Origin: an uncultured Gemmatimonadales bacterium
GTDB lineage: Bacteria; Gemmatimonadota; Gemmatimonadetes; Gemmatimonadales; GWC2-71-9
DNA length: 64,000 nt
Assembly: GCA_963844035.1 (NCBI GenBank)
Contig: CAWJMT010000031.1
Coordinates: 19,240-83,239 of the forward strand
Direction: 5' to 3'
Below the pieces are notes generated by a model that made no database searches, was not told the origin of the DNA, and worked only from the letters and a program-made list of their open reading frames with translations. Each line of letters opens with the position of its first letter. Within the stretch, counting starts at the first letter, position 1. Position numbers and translations under genes: made by a program. Below, piece after piece: positions 1 through 11,934 of this stretch.

Positions 1-2090
1 CGGCCGATGGGGCTCTGGTCGATGTCGATCACCTTGTCGATGTGCGCCAGACCCTCGATGCGGTCGTGCACGCCGGGCATCACCTTCGCGCGGTAAAAAT
101 GCCGGGCCAGGGCCTGGTACAGAATGTCGGTGACGAGCGTGGATTTCCCCGAGCCCGACACGCCGGTGACCGCGATAAAGGTGCCGAGCGGGAAATCGAC
201 CGTGAGATTCTTGAGGTTGTGGTGGCGCGCACCCACCACACGGAGCATCCGCTCCGGGTCGACCCGCCGCCGGACCCCCGGCACCGGGATGCGCAGCTCG
301 CCGCGCAGGTACCGCGCCGTGAGAGACTCGGGGTGCGCCAGCACATCGGCCAGTGTTCCGGCGGCGACCACCTCACCCCCATGGCGCCCGGCCCGCGGCC
401 CGAGATCCACGACGTAGTCCGCCTCGCGGATCGTGTCCTGGTCGTGCTCGACCACCAGGACGGTATTCCCGAGATCGCGCAGTTCTTTCAAGGTCGCGAG
501 CAGCCGCGCGTTGTCGCGCTGGTGCAGGCCGATCGATGGCTCGTCCAGGATGTACAGCACGCCCACCAGCCGGCTCCCGATCTGGGTGGCGAGGCGAATC
601 CGCTGCGTCTCACCGCCGGAGAGCGACGCGGCCGACCGGCCCAGCGTCAGGTAGGCGAGGCCGACGTCCTTCAGGAACCGCAGCCGGTCGTTGACCTCCT
701 TGAGAATCGGGCCCGCGATCTCGCGATCGAGGCCGGGCCCCCGGTCGGACCGCAGCACCAACCCGTCGAAGAAGCGGACCGCGTCTTCCACCGACAGCTC
801 CACCACGTCGCCGAGGCTCTTCCCGCCCACGAGTACTCCCAGGCTCTCCGGACGCAGCCGTTTCCCCTGGCAGTCGGGACAGGGTTGCTCGACCATGAAC
901 TCCTCGAGCTGCGCGCGCACGCTGTCCGACGCCGTCTCGCGATAGCGGCGCTCGATATGGCGCAGGACTCCCTCCCACGTCGATTGATACTCACCGTGGG
1001 CGCGCGCGCTGTCGTACTGATACGTGAGCGTGCGGCCGGCCACCCCGTTCAGCAGCGCCTTGCGCACCGGCGCCGGGAGGTCCTGCCACGGCGCTTCGAG
1101 GTTGAACTTGAACGTTCGCGCGAGGGTCGGGAGGATCACTTTCCGGAGGTAGCCACTCGGCTCACCCCAGGGGAGAATCACCCCTTCCAGAATCGAGAGG
1201 CTCGGGTCGCCGAGCACCAGGTCGGTGGCGACCTCGCGCCGCGTGCCAAGTCCGGAGCAGGTGGGACACGCTCCGAACGGCGAGTTGAACGAGAACTGCC
1301 GCGGCTCGAGCTCGGGAAGTGAGAGCCCGCAGGTGGGACAGGCGTACCGCTCGGAGAACATCGTCGTCTTCCCCGGACGTACGACCTCCACGACCCCGTC
1401 CGCTGCCTTGAGCGCCGTTTCGATCGAGTCGGCCAACCGGCTGCGATCCGAGGCCCGGATCACGAGCCGGTCCACCACGACGGCGATCGTGTGATTCTGG
1501 CGACGGTTCAGCTTCGGGACTGCCGAGAGATCGTGGATCTCGCCGTCCACGCGGACCCGCACGAAGCCGCGCTTCCGGGCCGACTCGAACACGTCGCGGA
1601 ACTCGCCCTTACGCCCGCGCACCAGCGGCGCGAGGATCTCGACCTTCGTCCCCTCGGGCCATGCGAGCACGAGATCGGTGATCTGCGAGGCGCTCTGACG
1701 CGCGATCGGGGAGCCGTCGTTGGGGCAGTGCGGCGTGCCGAGGCGCGCCCACAGGAGCCGCAGGTAGTCGTAGACCTCGGTGATCGTGCCGACGGTGGAG
1801 CGCGGATTGGCGCCGGCGGTCTTCTGCTCGATCGAAATCGCCGGGGAGAGACCTTCGATCGCGTCGACGTCGGGCTTCTCCATCAGCCCGAGGAACTGCC
1901 GGGCGTACGCCGACAACGACTCCACGTAGCGCCGCTGGCCTTCTGCATAGATCGTGTCGAACGCCAGCGAGGATTTGCCCGACCCGGAGAGACCCGTAAT
2001 CACGGTGAGGGTATGCCGGGGGATCTCGACCGAGATGTTCTTGAGGTTGTGCTCGCGGGCGCCGCGGACGATGAGCGTGTCGCTGGACAT
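1..2090 (-). CDS. uvrA: Excinuclease ABC subunit A, N-terminal ~696 codons; C-terminus lies beyond the window edge
   Basis: Minus-strand translation from ATG 2090-2088 reads [67 protein letters not shown] second ABC P-loop ([12 protein letters not shown]) is encoded near 130-190. It is missing from the ORF track because it is open at the edge; track ORF 42..1322(+) is its antisense shadow. Confidence 0.95.
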   Translation of the reverse strand, partial: MSSDTLIVRGAREHNLKNISVEIPRHTLTVITGLSGSGKSSLAFDTIYAEGQRRYVESLSAYARQFLGLMEKPDVDAIEGLSPAISIEQKTAGANPRSTVGTITEVYDYLRLLWARLGTPHCPNDGSPIARQSASQITDLVLAWPEGTKVEILAPLVRGRKGEFRDVFESARKRGFVRVRVDGEIHDLSAVPKLNRRQNHTIAVVVDRLVIRASDRSRLADSIETALKAADGVVEVVRPGKTTMFSERYACPTCGLSLPELEPRQFSFNSPFGACPTCSGLGTRREVATDLVLGDPSLSILEGVILPWGEPSGYLRKVILPTLARTFKFNLEAPWQDLPAPVRKALLNGVAGRTLTYQYDSARAHGEYQSTWEGVLRHIERRYRETASDSVRAQLEEFMVEQPCPDCQGKRLRPESLGVLVGGKSLGDVVELSVEDAVRFFDGLVLRSDRGPGLDREIAGPILKEVNDRLRFLKDVGLAYLTLGRSAASLSGGETQRIRLATQIGSRLVGVLYILDEPSIGLHQRDNARLLATLKELRDLGNTVLVVEHDQDTIREADYVVDLGPRAGRHGGEVVAAGTLADVLAHPESLTARYLRGELRIPVPGVRRRVDPERMLRVVGARHHNLKNLTVDFPLGTFIAVTGVSGSGKSTLVTDILYQALARHFYRAKVMPGVHDRIEGLAHIDKVIDIDQSPIG

Positions 2091-2175
2091 AGCCTCGTAG
2101 CCTAGACGGCTAACGGTTCCCAGGTCAACTCCTCTCTTGCCCATCTCCCATCCTTTCCCTACGTTAGCCTCCCCC

Positions 2176-2499
2176 ATGGAGCGCTCCGCGCTGGTGGTGT
2201 TGACCACCTTGAGTAGCGAGGCGGATGCGCGCCAGCTGGTGAGCGCGCTGCTCCAGGCCCGCTGCATCGCGTGCGGCACGCTGCTCCCCGGCGCCCGCTC
2301 GATGTACCGTTGGGAAGGCGAGATGAAGGAAGAGACCGAGGTGGTCGTGCTGCTCAAGACCGACGTGTCGAGATGGGAGGCGTTGGTGGCCGCGATTCAA
2401 CAGTTGCATCCCTACGAAGTACCCGAGCTGTTGGCGCTGCCCGTGGAGCGCGGGCTCGACTCCTACCTGTCGTGGCTCGCGAGCGAGGTGGCGCCATGA
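2176..2499 (+). CDS. cutA: Divalent-cation tolerance protein CutA
   Basis: MERSALVVLTT...MYRWEGEMKEETEVVVLLKT...LHPYEVPELLALPV matches the CutA1 pattern. ATG 2176 is preferred over the upstream alternative start at 2137 on typical CutA length. Confidence 0.8.
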   Translation: MERSALVVLTTLSSEADARQLVSALLQARCIACGTLLPGARSMYRWEGEMKEETEVVVLLKTDVSRWEALVAAIQQLHPYEVPELLALPVERGLDSYLSWLASEVAP

Positions 2500-3238
2500 T
2501 CCGCAAGCGCGAGCCCCGGTGGCAGTCGGCCGCCGAGCGGGCCCAGGTGGCGGCGGAGTTAATGGAAGAAGCGGAGTCGCTCACCGCCCGCGGGATCGCA
2601 ACGCCCGCCGAGGTGTGGCGGGCCCAACTGCCCCCGCCGTTGCAGTGTGGACCTCGCACGCCGCGCCGGCGCGCCCGCGGACCTTCTCGCGCCGATGCGC
2701 CCCCCTCCTCCGCCGCCCCGCGCCGCCGGCACTCGCGCCGCATTTGGCGGCCCACGAGGCGGCTGCCCGCGGTGACCGAGACGGTGCCCTGGCGCTGCTC
2801 AACGTGTCGCTCGCGGCTGCGCCCGAGGACCCACGGCTGCTGCTCGAGCGCGCGGCTGTGCTCACCGCCAGCGGCCGCTACGCGGGCGCACGGCGTGATC
2901 TCGAGCGTGTGCTGTTTGCCGAGCCCGGCCATATCGACGCGCTCATGACCCTCGGCGTGCTGTTGTCGCGGCGCGGTCTCTGGAACGAAGGCGTGACCTA
3001 CATCCGGCGTGCCGTAGAGCTGCAGCCCGGGTACGCGGACGGCTGGTACCAGCTGGGCGAGTCGTTGAACCACCTCGACCACCTCAGCGAGGCGCGCGCC
3101 GCCTACGAGCGTGCCATCGAGCTCGAACCCCAGCATTCCCGCGCGATGTACGGTCTGGGGATCGTGCTCGACCGCCTGAAGCGGCCGGATGACGCCATCC
3201 GCATGTATCGGCGTTCTCGGGAGGCAGCCGGCCGGTGA
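2496..3238 (+). CDS. TPR-repeat protein (N-terminal part uncertain, probable frameshift(s) around 2640-2720)
   Basis: Clear TPR repeats from about 2740 (GDRDGALALLNVSLAAAPEDPRLLLERAAVL...YERAIELEPQHSRAMYGLGIVL). ATG 2496 overlaps the cutA stop (ATGA) and opens a coding-looking helix (MIRKREPRWQSAAERAQVAAELMEEAESL) in another frame. Confidence 0.55.
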
Positions 3239-3750
3239 TTCGGGTGGTGGTGGACGACCTCGCGTTCCTCGAGACGGACGCGATCGTTCGTCCCGCCACC
3301 GCCCGCCTCGATCCCACCACCCCAGCGGTTCGCCGCCTCGAGACAATCGGCGGCGCGGAGTTCCTCAACCAGCTGCACCTCCAGAAGGAACTCGCCGTCG
3401 GCGCGGCGGTCGTGACCGCGGGTGGCGGCGGCTTGCCGGCCGAGTTCGTCATCCACGCCGTGATCCAGAGCGACACCGAGCCCGTGACCCGCGAGGCGGT
3501 CGCCCGTGCGTGGCTCTCGGCCCTCGAACGGGCGCGGGAATGGGAGTTCGACCGTCTCACCGTTCCCCCGATCGGGATCGGAGCGGGCAACCTCGCCCTG
3601 GAAGACGCGGCCTCGATCATGGCCGCGGTGCTCAAGGCGCATATCGGAGAGGCGCCCTACCCGTCCGACGTCCGGATCGTGGTCGAGACGCCGGAGGATC
3701 GCGAGGCGTTCGAGGCGGCGCTCCGGATCGCCGGAGCCGCCCAGTCGTGA
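3235..3750 (+). CDS. Macro domain (ADP-ribose binding / O-acetyl-ADP-ribose deacetylase-like) protein
   Basis: MIRVVVDDLAFLETDAIVRPA...VVTAGGGGLPAEFVIHAV...PPIGIGAGNL shows macro-domain motifs. The GTG start overlaps the upstream stop. Confidence 0.7.
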   Translation: MIRVVVDDLAFLETDAIVRPATARLDPTTPAVRRLETIGGAEFLNQLHLQKELAVGAAVVTAGGGGLPAEFVIHAVIQSDTEPVTREAVARAWLSALERAREWEFDRLTVPPIGIGAGNLALEDAASIMAAVLKAHIGEAPYPSDVRIVVETPEDREAFEAALRIAGAAQS

Positions 3751-5283
3751 CCCGCCGGCGTTGGGGGGTGGTGATCCTCACCGCGTGGGCCGTGTCGGTT
3801 GCATGGCTCGTGAAACGCGAGTTCTTCCGGACCACCGGCGAGCGGCTCGCCGAAGCGGCGCTCTCGGTTCCCCCCGGCACCGTGTACTACCGGTTTGATC
3901 AAGCGGGGCAGCAGGTGGGGTTTGCCTCCACCACCATCGATACCGTGGGGACGCTGTTGGACGTGATCGACATACGTCTGCTCGAGTTCCCTGTGCTGGG
4001 CAAGCTGCATCGCACCCGGGTGCGCAGCCGCGCCATCGTGAACCGCGCGTTCCGCCTCCAGACCCTCGACGTCGTCTACGACGCCGACGAAGGCCACCTG
4101 GTGGCGCGTGGGCAAGTCCAGGGCGACTCCGTGCTGCGGATGACGCTCACGTATGCGGGCGACTCCCAGACGACGCGCCTCACGCTGCGCCAGCCGATCG
4201 TGCTGACGACGCTGCTCCCCTTACGCCTCGCGTTCGGCGGCGCCTTCAAGGAAGGGCGGAAAGTCGAGACCAGCGTGTTCGATCCGGTCCGGCTCGCCCT
4301 GCGTGATGTGCGCGTGACCGTGGTGGCCGAGTCGACCCTGATCGTGCCCGACAGCGCGGGCTTCGACTCCACCACCATGGCGTGGGCTCCCGTGCATTAC
4401 GACACCGTGCGGGCGTTCCAAATCGAGGAGCAGTCGGAGGGACTGGCGACGACGACGTGGATCGACGCACAGGGCCACGTGGTACGGGTGGCCGGCCCGG
4501 TCGGCCTCACCATGGAACGCACCGAGTGGGAGATCGCCTACCAGAACTTCCGGCAGGCGCGATGTCACGCGACTGGTGCGCGCCAGCGCCGATCCTGGGC
4601 GTGGTGCCGTGATCCCGACAACCGCGCTCGCGGCCGGCGCGGCGCTCCCCACCCGGGTGCGGGCCGAGTACCGGGCCGTGCTCTCGGGGGCGGACCTCCG
4701 GGGCCTGGTGCTCGCGGGAGGCCGCCAGGAGTTCTCCGGCGACACGCTGATCGTGCGCCGGGAGTCGACGACCGCGCTCGTCGCGGCGTTCCAGCTTCCG
4801 GCCCGCGAGCCGCGGTTCGCGCCATGGCTCGAGCCGGAGCCCCTGATCCAGAGCGGCGACCCCGCCATCCGCACCGCGGCGCACCAGATCCTGGGGGACG
4901 AGACCGATCCCGCGCGCGCGGCCGAACGCCTGACGCATTGGGTGGCGGCGAACGTGCGCAAGGCGGCCGGCGTGGGGATGCCGAACGCGATCCGCGTGCT
5001 GCGGCAGCGCCGCGGCGACTGCAACGAGTTTACCGTCCTGTACGTCGCGCTGGCGCGGGCGGCGGGCCTGCCCGCGCGGTCGGTCGCGGGGCTCTTGGAA
5101 TCGGGCGGGCGCTTCTACTATCACGCGTGGCCCGAAGTGTACCTGGGACGGTGGGTGGCGGTGGATCCGCTGCTCGACCAGTTCCCCGCGGATGCGGCCC
5201 ATCTCCGATTCGCGGTCGGTAGTCTGGCGCGGCACGTCCAGTTGATTCGCTATCTCGGACGCCTGAAGGTCGAGGGGTTATGA
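3747..5283 (+). CDS. Membrane-anchored transglutaminase-like cysteine protease domain protein (apparent +1 frameshift near 4560)
   Basis: GTG 3747 overlaps the macro-domain stop, followed by an N-terminal TM (WGVVILTAWAVSVAWLV). The C-terminal part continues in track ORF 4576..5283 with a Cys-His-Asp core (RRGDCNEFTVLYVALARAAGLPAR...YHAWPEVY...WVAVDP). Confidence 0.75.
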
Positions 5284-6045
5284 TCCGGCTCGAGCAACTC
5301 ACCAAGTTGTACGGCAGCTTCGTGGCGGTCGACGACATCTCCCTCGAGATCCGCAAGGGTGAGCTGTTCGGGCTTGTTGGGACCCAACGGAGCCGGCAAG
5401 ACCACGACCCTGCGGATGATGGCCGGAATCCTGCGGCCGAACGGCGGGCGCGTGTGGATCGGGGAGGACGACGTGCACGCAAACCCGATTGCGGCCAAGC
5501 AACAGCTCGGCTTCATCCCCGATCGGCCGTTCGTATACGACAAGCTGACCGGCGCGGAATTTCTGCGCTTTGTCGCCGGGCTGTACGGACAGGACGGCCC
5601 GGGCGTCGAGCGGCGCATGAACGAGCTGCTCGAGGTGTTCGAGCTGATGAGCTGGAAGGACGAGCTGGTCGAAGCGTACAGCCACGGCATGCGCCAGAAG
5701 CTCATCATCTCGAGCGCCCTGATTCACCGGCCGGCGTGCATCGTGGTGGACGAGCCGATGGTGGGACTCGACCCCAAGGCCGCGCGCCTGCTGAAGGACA
5801 TCTTCCGCCAGTTCGTCGAGAAGGGCGGGACGGTCGTGATGAGCACGCACACCCTCGAGGTGGCCGAGGCGATGTGCGACCGGGTGGCGATCGTCCAGCA
5901 CGGCAAGATCGTGGCGAACGGCACCGTCGCCGAAATCCGCCAGCAGAATCGCGCCGGGGATGCGAGCCTGGAAGACCTGTTCCTGAAACTCACCGGCGGC
6001 GCCCATGTCCGCGATCTGATCGAAGTACTGGGCGGGAATCCATGA
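5280..6045 (+). CDS. ABC transporter ATP-binding protein (apparent 1-nt insertion near 5372)
   Basis: MIRLEQLTKLYGSFVAVDDISLEIRKGELFG in frame 0, then LLGPNGAGKTTTLRMM...SHGMRQKLIISSAL...IVVDEPMVGLD in frame +1. The junction TTCGGGCTTG would read ELFGLLGPNGAGK if one G were removed. Confidence 0.9.
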
Positions 6046-7733
6046 AACAGCCGTCGATCCTGAACGTCCTCCAGCCCAAGTGGCGCACGATCCTGCAACG
6101 CGTGCGCGAGGAGCGGGCCCGCGGCGGCCGCGGCAAGCTCATCATTCTCGTGACGGTGGGCTGCGTCTTCTGGATCGCCGTATTCGGCGTGCTGTACCGC
6201 ATCCTCAAGTATTTCCGCGGCGTCGAGGAGCTGGGCCCGCTGCTCGCCGGCAAGCTGCTCGGCCTGGTGTTCCTCTCGTTCATCTCGATCCTCGTGCTCT
6301 CGAACGTGATCACGGCCCTGTCGAGCTTCTTTCTCGCCAAAGATCTCGACCTGCTCATCTCGGCGCCGGTGGACTGGCTCCGGCTCTATCTCGGGAAGCT
6401 CACCGAGACGCTGGTGCACTCCTCGTGGATGGTGGGGTTGATGGCCGTACCGATCCTCGCGGCGTACGGCGTGATCTATCGCGGCGGCGTGTGGTTCGTG
6501 CCGTTCGCGGTGCTGGCGTTCGTCCCCATGCTGGTGGTGCCCGCGGTGATCGGCTCGGCACTCACGCTCGTGCTCGTGAACCTGTTCCCCGCCCGCCGCA
6601 CCCGCGATCTGCTGTCGCTCGTCGCCATCTTCGCGGCCGGCGGGGTGATCCTGCTGTTCCGGATCATCCGTCCCGAGCGCCTCGCGTCACCGGAAGGGTT
6701 CCGCAACCTGCTGGACTTCATCACGGTGCTGCGCACGCCGACCTCGCCGTTCCTGCCGAGCGAGTGGACCACCAACGCGATCATGAGCTTCCTGTTGGGG
6801 CGTCCCGATCCCCTGCCCCTCGTGCTGCTGTGGACGACGGCGGCGGCGTTCGTGACCCTCGGCGCCTGGCTGCATCGCGAGCTGTTCGCCACCGGATTCA
6901 CCAAGGCACAGGAAGGGGCGGAGCGGTTCGTGCGGGGCGGCATGTGGAGCTGGACCGTCGGAACGCTGCTCAAATCTCTGCCGGTGGCCAAGCGGGAGTT
7001 CGTGCTCAAAGACATCAAGCTGTTCTTCCGCGATGCAAGCCAGTGGAGCCAGTTGATCCTGTTGGCGGTGCTGGTGGTCGTGTACCTCTTCAACATCAAG
7101 GCGCTGCCGCTGCACCGGGGCGAGGAGGTGGGGTTCTTCTACGTGACGCTGGTGTCGTTCTTGAACCTCGGCCTGGCGGGGTTCGTGCTGGCGTCGATCG
7201 CCGCGCGGTTCATTTTCCCGGCCGTGTCACTCGAGGGCCGGCACATGTGGCTGTTGCGCTCGAGCCCGCTCGATCTGCGCGCGCTCTTGTGGTCCAAGTA
7301 CTGGGTCGGCACGCTCCCCCTGCTCGTGCTCGCCCTGCTGCTCACCGGCCTCACCAACGTGCTGCTGCGGGTCGGGCCGTTCATGATGGTCCTGGGGCTG
7401 GTGACGATCTGCGGCCTCACGTTCGCGATCGCGGCGATGGCGCTGGGGTTCGGCGCGCTGTACCCGCAGTTCGAAACGGAGAACGCGGCGCAGATTCCGA
7501 CGTCGTTCGGCGGGCTGGTGTACATGATGGCCACGGTGGCGCTGCTCGGCGCCGTCATCTTCGCGCTGTGGCAGGCCGTGTATGTGTACGTCCGGGCCGT
7601 GTACCAGCGGGTGCCGGTGGGGGTCGACTCCGGAATGATCTTCTGGTTTGCCGTCGCCGCCGGGTTTTGCGCGCTGGCGACGGTGGTCCCGCTCCGCGTG
7701 GGGTTGCGGAAGATGGAAACGTTCGAGTTCTAG
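6042..7733 (+). CDS. Polytopic membrane protein, putative ABC exporter permease partner
   Basis: ATG 6042 overlaps the ATPase stop (ATGA). The 563-aa product has many hydrophobic helices (MKQPSILNVLQPKWRTILQRV...). The track shows it fused out of frame in the 5280..7733 ORF. Confidence 0.7.
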   Translation: MKQPSILNVLQPKWRTILQRVREERARGGRGKLIILVTVGCVFWIAVFGVLYRILKYFRGVEELGPLLAGKLLGLVFLSFISILVLSNVITALSSFFLAKDLDLLISAPVDWLRLYLGKLTETLVHSSWMVGLMAVPILAAYGVIYRGGVWFVPFAVLAFVPMLVVPAVIGSALTLVLVNLFPARRTRDLLSLVAIFAAGGVILLFRIIRPERLASPEGFRNLLDFITVLRTPTSPFLPSEWTTNAIMSFLLGRPDPLPLVLLWTTAAAFVTLGAWLHRELFATGFTKAQEGAERFVRGGMWSWTVGTLLKSLPVAKREFVLKDIKLFFRDASQWSQLILLAVLVVVYLFNIKALPLHRGEEVGFFYVTLVSFLNLGLAGFVLASIAARFIFPAVSLEGRHMWLLRSSPLDLRALLWSKYWVGTLPLLVLALLLTGLTNVLLRVGPFMMVLGLVTICGLTFAIAAMALGFGALYPQFETENAAQIPTSFGGLVYMMATVALLGAVIFALWQAVYVYVRAVYQRVPVGVDSGMIFWFAVAAGFCALATVVPLRVGLRKMETFEF

Positions 7734-8212
7734 AGCGGGACGCTCAGTCCGCCCTGGATCTGGAACGTCGTGCCGTTGCCGAAGATCAGCCGCGCTTCCG
7801 CGTAGGGCCGCAGGTTCCCGCGCCGTCCCTCGACGCCCGCGAACAGGTTCACATTCGTGTCCGTCTCGGTCTGGTGCGTGAGGTTGATGCCGCCCCCGAT
7901 GTAGCCGTTGCGATTCGCCACTTGCGGCCGCAGGCGCGCATCGAAGTTCAGCATCCAGAGCGTCTGGTCGGTGAAGTACCAGTCGAAGGAAGGATAGAAG
8001 TCGACCTTCTTGGCGACGGGAATCGCCAGCTGCGCGCCGGCGAAGGCGACCTCCGCATCGAAGTTGTAGCCCGCGTGCCCGCCGATCTCAGGGCGCGCGG
8101 CCGCCCCACCCCCTCGACCCCTGCGCCCGCCGCGCCGCTGTGCATCCGCCGCCGTGGTGACGACGGCGAGGGCCAGGAACGCAACCAGGATCTTCAGGGC
8201 AAGCGATTTCAC
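7730..8212 (-). CDS. Small outer-membrane beta-barrel protein with signal peptide
   Basis: GTG 8212 is preceded by GAGGAG. It has a signal peptide (VKSLALKILVAFLALAVVTTAADAQ), alternating beta-strand pattern, and aromatic-rich C-terminal strands. Confidence 0.65.
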   Translation of the reverse strand: MKSLALKILVAFLALAVVTTAADAQRRGGRRGRGGGAAARPEIGGHAGYNFDAEVAFAGAQLAIPVAKKVDFYPSFDWYFTDQTLWMLNFDARLRPQVANRNGYIGGGINLTHQTETDTNVNLFAGVEGRRGNLRPYAEARLIFGNGTTFQIQGGLSVPL

Positions 8213-8326
8213 ACGCGTCTCCTCAAGGGGGAACAAGGGCACACTGATAGGAAATCCGGGCGGGAAAATCAAGGTCACACGGCACACAGATTCGGGACCT
8301 ACGACGGCGCCGGCGTTTGCGAGGGG

Positions 8327-8824
8327 TTACGCCGCGACGCGCGTCCCGCACCCGTTGCAGTAGCGAGCCTCGCGCTCGAGCGGGGCGCCACAGTGAATGC
8401 AATAACCTGGCGCCGTCCCCAGCCGCCGGCCGCAGTCGGAACAGAAGACGGCGTCGGGCTCGGGACGGGGACCGTGTGTCGGACAGACGGGACGGGAGAC
8501 GGGTGACGGGTGACGGGGGGATGTCGCAACACGGGCCTCCTCGGCGCGCGACGCCGCGAGCGCCTCCTCCGTGTACTTCGCTTTCAGCCCATCGTAGTCC
8601 GAGTCCGAGAGCTTCCCGGTAGCGCGATCGAACTCGATTTCGCGCAACGCGCGCACTGCAACCGCGCGTTTTGAGAAATCATCGTCGGGATCGTCGCCTT
8701 CGTCCTCGAGCGCAAACCCCGGCGCGACGCCCTGGGACTCGAGCCCCGGCCGGAAAATCGGCAGGAGCACGAACCATACGGTCGCGGCGGCGAACAGCAC
8801 GCCGACGACGAATTCAATCAACAC
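8327..8824 (-). CDS. Membrane-anchored protein with C-terminal double zinc-ribbon; sits where a CcmI-like factor would be
   Basis: N-terminal TM (MLIEFVVGVLFAAATVWFVLLPIF), an acidic helical linker, then CPTHG...CSDCG...CIHCG...CNGCG. It lies immediately downstream of ccmH on the same strand. Confidence 0.6.
   Translation of the reverse strand: MLIEFVVGVLFAAATVWFVLLPIFRPGLESQGVAPGFALEDEGDDPDDDFSKRAVAVRALREIEFDRATGKLSDSDYDGLKAKYTEEALAASRAEEARVATSPRHPSPVSRPVCPTHGPRPEPDAVFCSDCGRRLGTAPGYCIHCGAPLEREARYCNGCGTRVAA
8486..8520. repeat. G-rich heptamer array (GACGGGA/GACGGGT type) inside the zinc-ribbon gene
   Basis: gacgggacgggagacgggtgacgggtgacgggggg; read on the minus strand it encodes SPRHPSPVSRPV. 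Confidence 0.8.
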
Positions 8825-8828
8825 CGCT

Positions 8829-9401
8829 TCAGTCCGGGTACTGGCGGAGCTCGCGGTTCAGCCGCTCGAGCTCTTCGGGAGAGGCGACGACCGGGGGGGC
8901 GCTGATCCCAACGGGCGCCGGCGTGGCGCTGCGCGTCCAGCGCCGCAACACCATGAAGAGCAGCGCCGCCGCCACGAGGATCAGCACCCCGGGCGTGAAA
9001 TAGCCCGCGAGATTGAACCCTTTCTTCGGGGGCGCCATGAGAATGGAAAGCCCGTTTTCACTCACGAACGCGTCGAGGATCTCCTGCGCGCTCTTGCCTT
9101 GATCCTCGAGCGCGAGCACCCGCTGGTGCATCTCGGGGCTGGTCGTGCACGTGAAGTCGGTGGTGCGGCAGGTATACACGTCGAGACTGCACCCGCAGGT
9201 GCAGCGCAGCTTCTTCTCGATCGCCTGCGTCGCCTCGGCGTTGTCCCGCGCGGTGACAGGCGGGAGCGGCCGGCCGGCGCGAGCCGGATCCCAGAGCTTG
9301 CCGGAGTTGTGGAGGGAATCGGGAGTCTGGGCGGGAAGGCGGGAAGCCGGGAGGGCGGGAAGCAAAAGCAGTCCCGCGGCAAGGGTAATGCACCCGCGCA
9401 T
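8829..9401 (-). CDS. ccmH: Cytochrome c-type biogenesis protein CcmH
   Basis: MRGCITLAAGLLLLPALPA signal peptide, LRCTCGCSLDVYTC (LRCxxC thiol motif) and a C-terminal TM. The track ORF 8829..9854 is over-extended into ccmF. Confidence 0.85.
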   Translation of the reverse strand: MRGCITLAAGLLLLPALPASRLPAQTPDSLHNSGKLWDPARAGRPLPPVTARDNAEATQAIEKKLRCTCGCSLDVYTCRTTDFTCTTSPEMHQRVLALEDQGKSAQEILDAFVSENGLSILMAPPKKGFNLAGYFTPGVLILVAAALLFMVLRRWTRSATPAPVGISAPPVVASPEELERLNRELRQYPD

Positions 9402-9445
9402 CAACCTTACCGCCTTCCCGCCCTCCCGCCTTCCCGCTCCCGCCT

Positions 9446-9447
<2 letters not shown>
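9329..9447. repeat. Imperfect palindrome built from GGCGGGAA-type octamer arrays; the arms flank the ccmH start codon
   Basis: Left arm 9329-9363 is gggcgggaaggcgggaagccgggagggcgggaagc. Right arm 9410-9447 is ccgccttcccgccctcccgccttcccgctcccgccttc. The loop contains ATG 9401-9399 of ccmH. Confidence 0.8.
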
Positions 9448-11468
<2,021 letters not shown>

Positions 11469-11879
11469 CTAGGCTTTAGGAACCGCTTCGTAGCGCGAGC
11501 CGCACTTGGCGAGCACGTTGGTCGCGTAGATGACGCCATCGGACTTGAGGCGACCTTCCACCACGACCTCCACCGAGTCAGTGAAGGTGTCGGGCGGCAG
11601 CCCGTGGAACGTCACCGGATAGGTGGCGGCACCGTCACTGATGTGGAAGCGGAGCGTCTGGGTCGCGACGTCCTTGGTCACCGTCCCGCGCACCACGTGC
11701 GCGCCCACCTTCATGCCCACGTTCATGAACGAGGGGTCGCCCGCGACCTTGCGCGACAGCTCGGTGGGCGTAAGGAAGTACTGCCCTGTCTGCTTGATCC
11801 CTGAGGCCATCAGGTAGCCGACCGACCCGACGATCAGCACGGCTCCGATGACGAATTTGGTACCGGCGGTGGTTTTCAT
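11469..11879 (-). CDS. ccmE: Cytochrome c-type biogenesis heme chaperone CcmE
   Basis: MKTTAGTKFVIGAVLIVGSVGYLMASG...GAHVVRGTVT...VLAKCGSRYE. ATG 11879; the stop abuts the ccmF start. Confidence 0.85.
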   Translation of the reverse strand: MKTTAGTKFVIGAVLIVGSVGYLMASGIKQTGQYFLTPTELSRKVAGDPSFMNVGMKVGAHVVRGTVTKDVATQTLRFHISDGAATYPVTFHGLPPDTFTDSVEVVVEGRLKSDGVIYATNVLAKCGSRYEAVPKA

Positions 11880-11934
11880 AGTTCTGAATGATACATCCGT
11901 TTCGGGAGTATGTTGCCTGTCGGGAGCCCTGATT

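Noticed and set aside
42-1322. 426-aa plus-strand ORF (and nested ORFs) at the left edge
   Set aside because: Arg/Pro/Ala/Gly-rich nonsense. The opposite strand encodes textbook UvrA, so this is an antisense shadow ORF of high-GC DNA.
3189-5222. 677-aa ORF with a long Arg/Pro-rich N- and C-terminus
   Set aside because: Only the middle (3747 to about 4560) is coding-like. The N-terminal part overlaps the macro-domain gene out of frame, and the C-terminal part is the wrong frame of the transglutaminase-like domain.
5280-7733. 817-aa ORF suggesting a fused ABC ATPase-permease
   Set aside because: Residues about 35-255 of this ORF are out-of-frame read-through of the ATPase gene (RSRQDHDPADDGRNPAAE...). 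The real ATPase continues in ORF 5359..6045, and the permease starts at ATG 6042.
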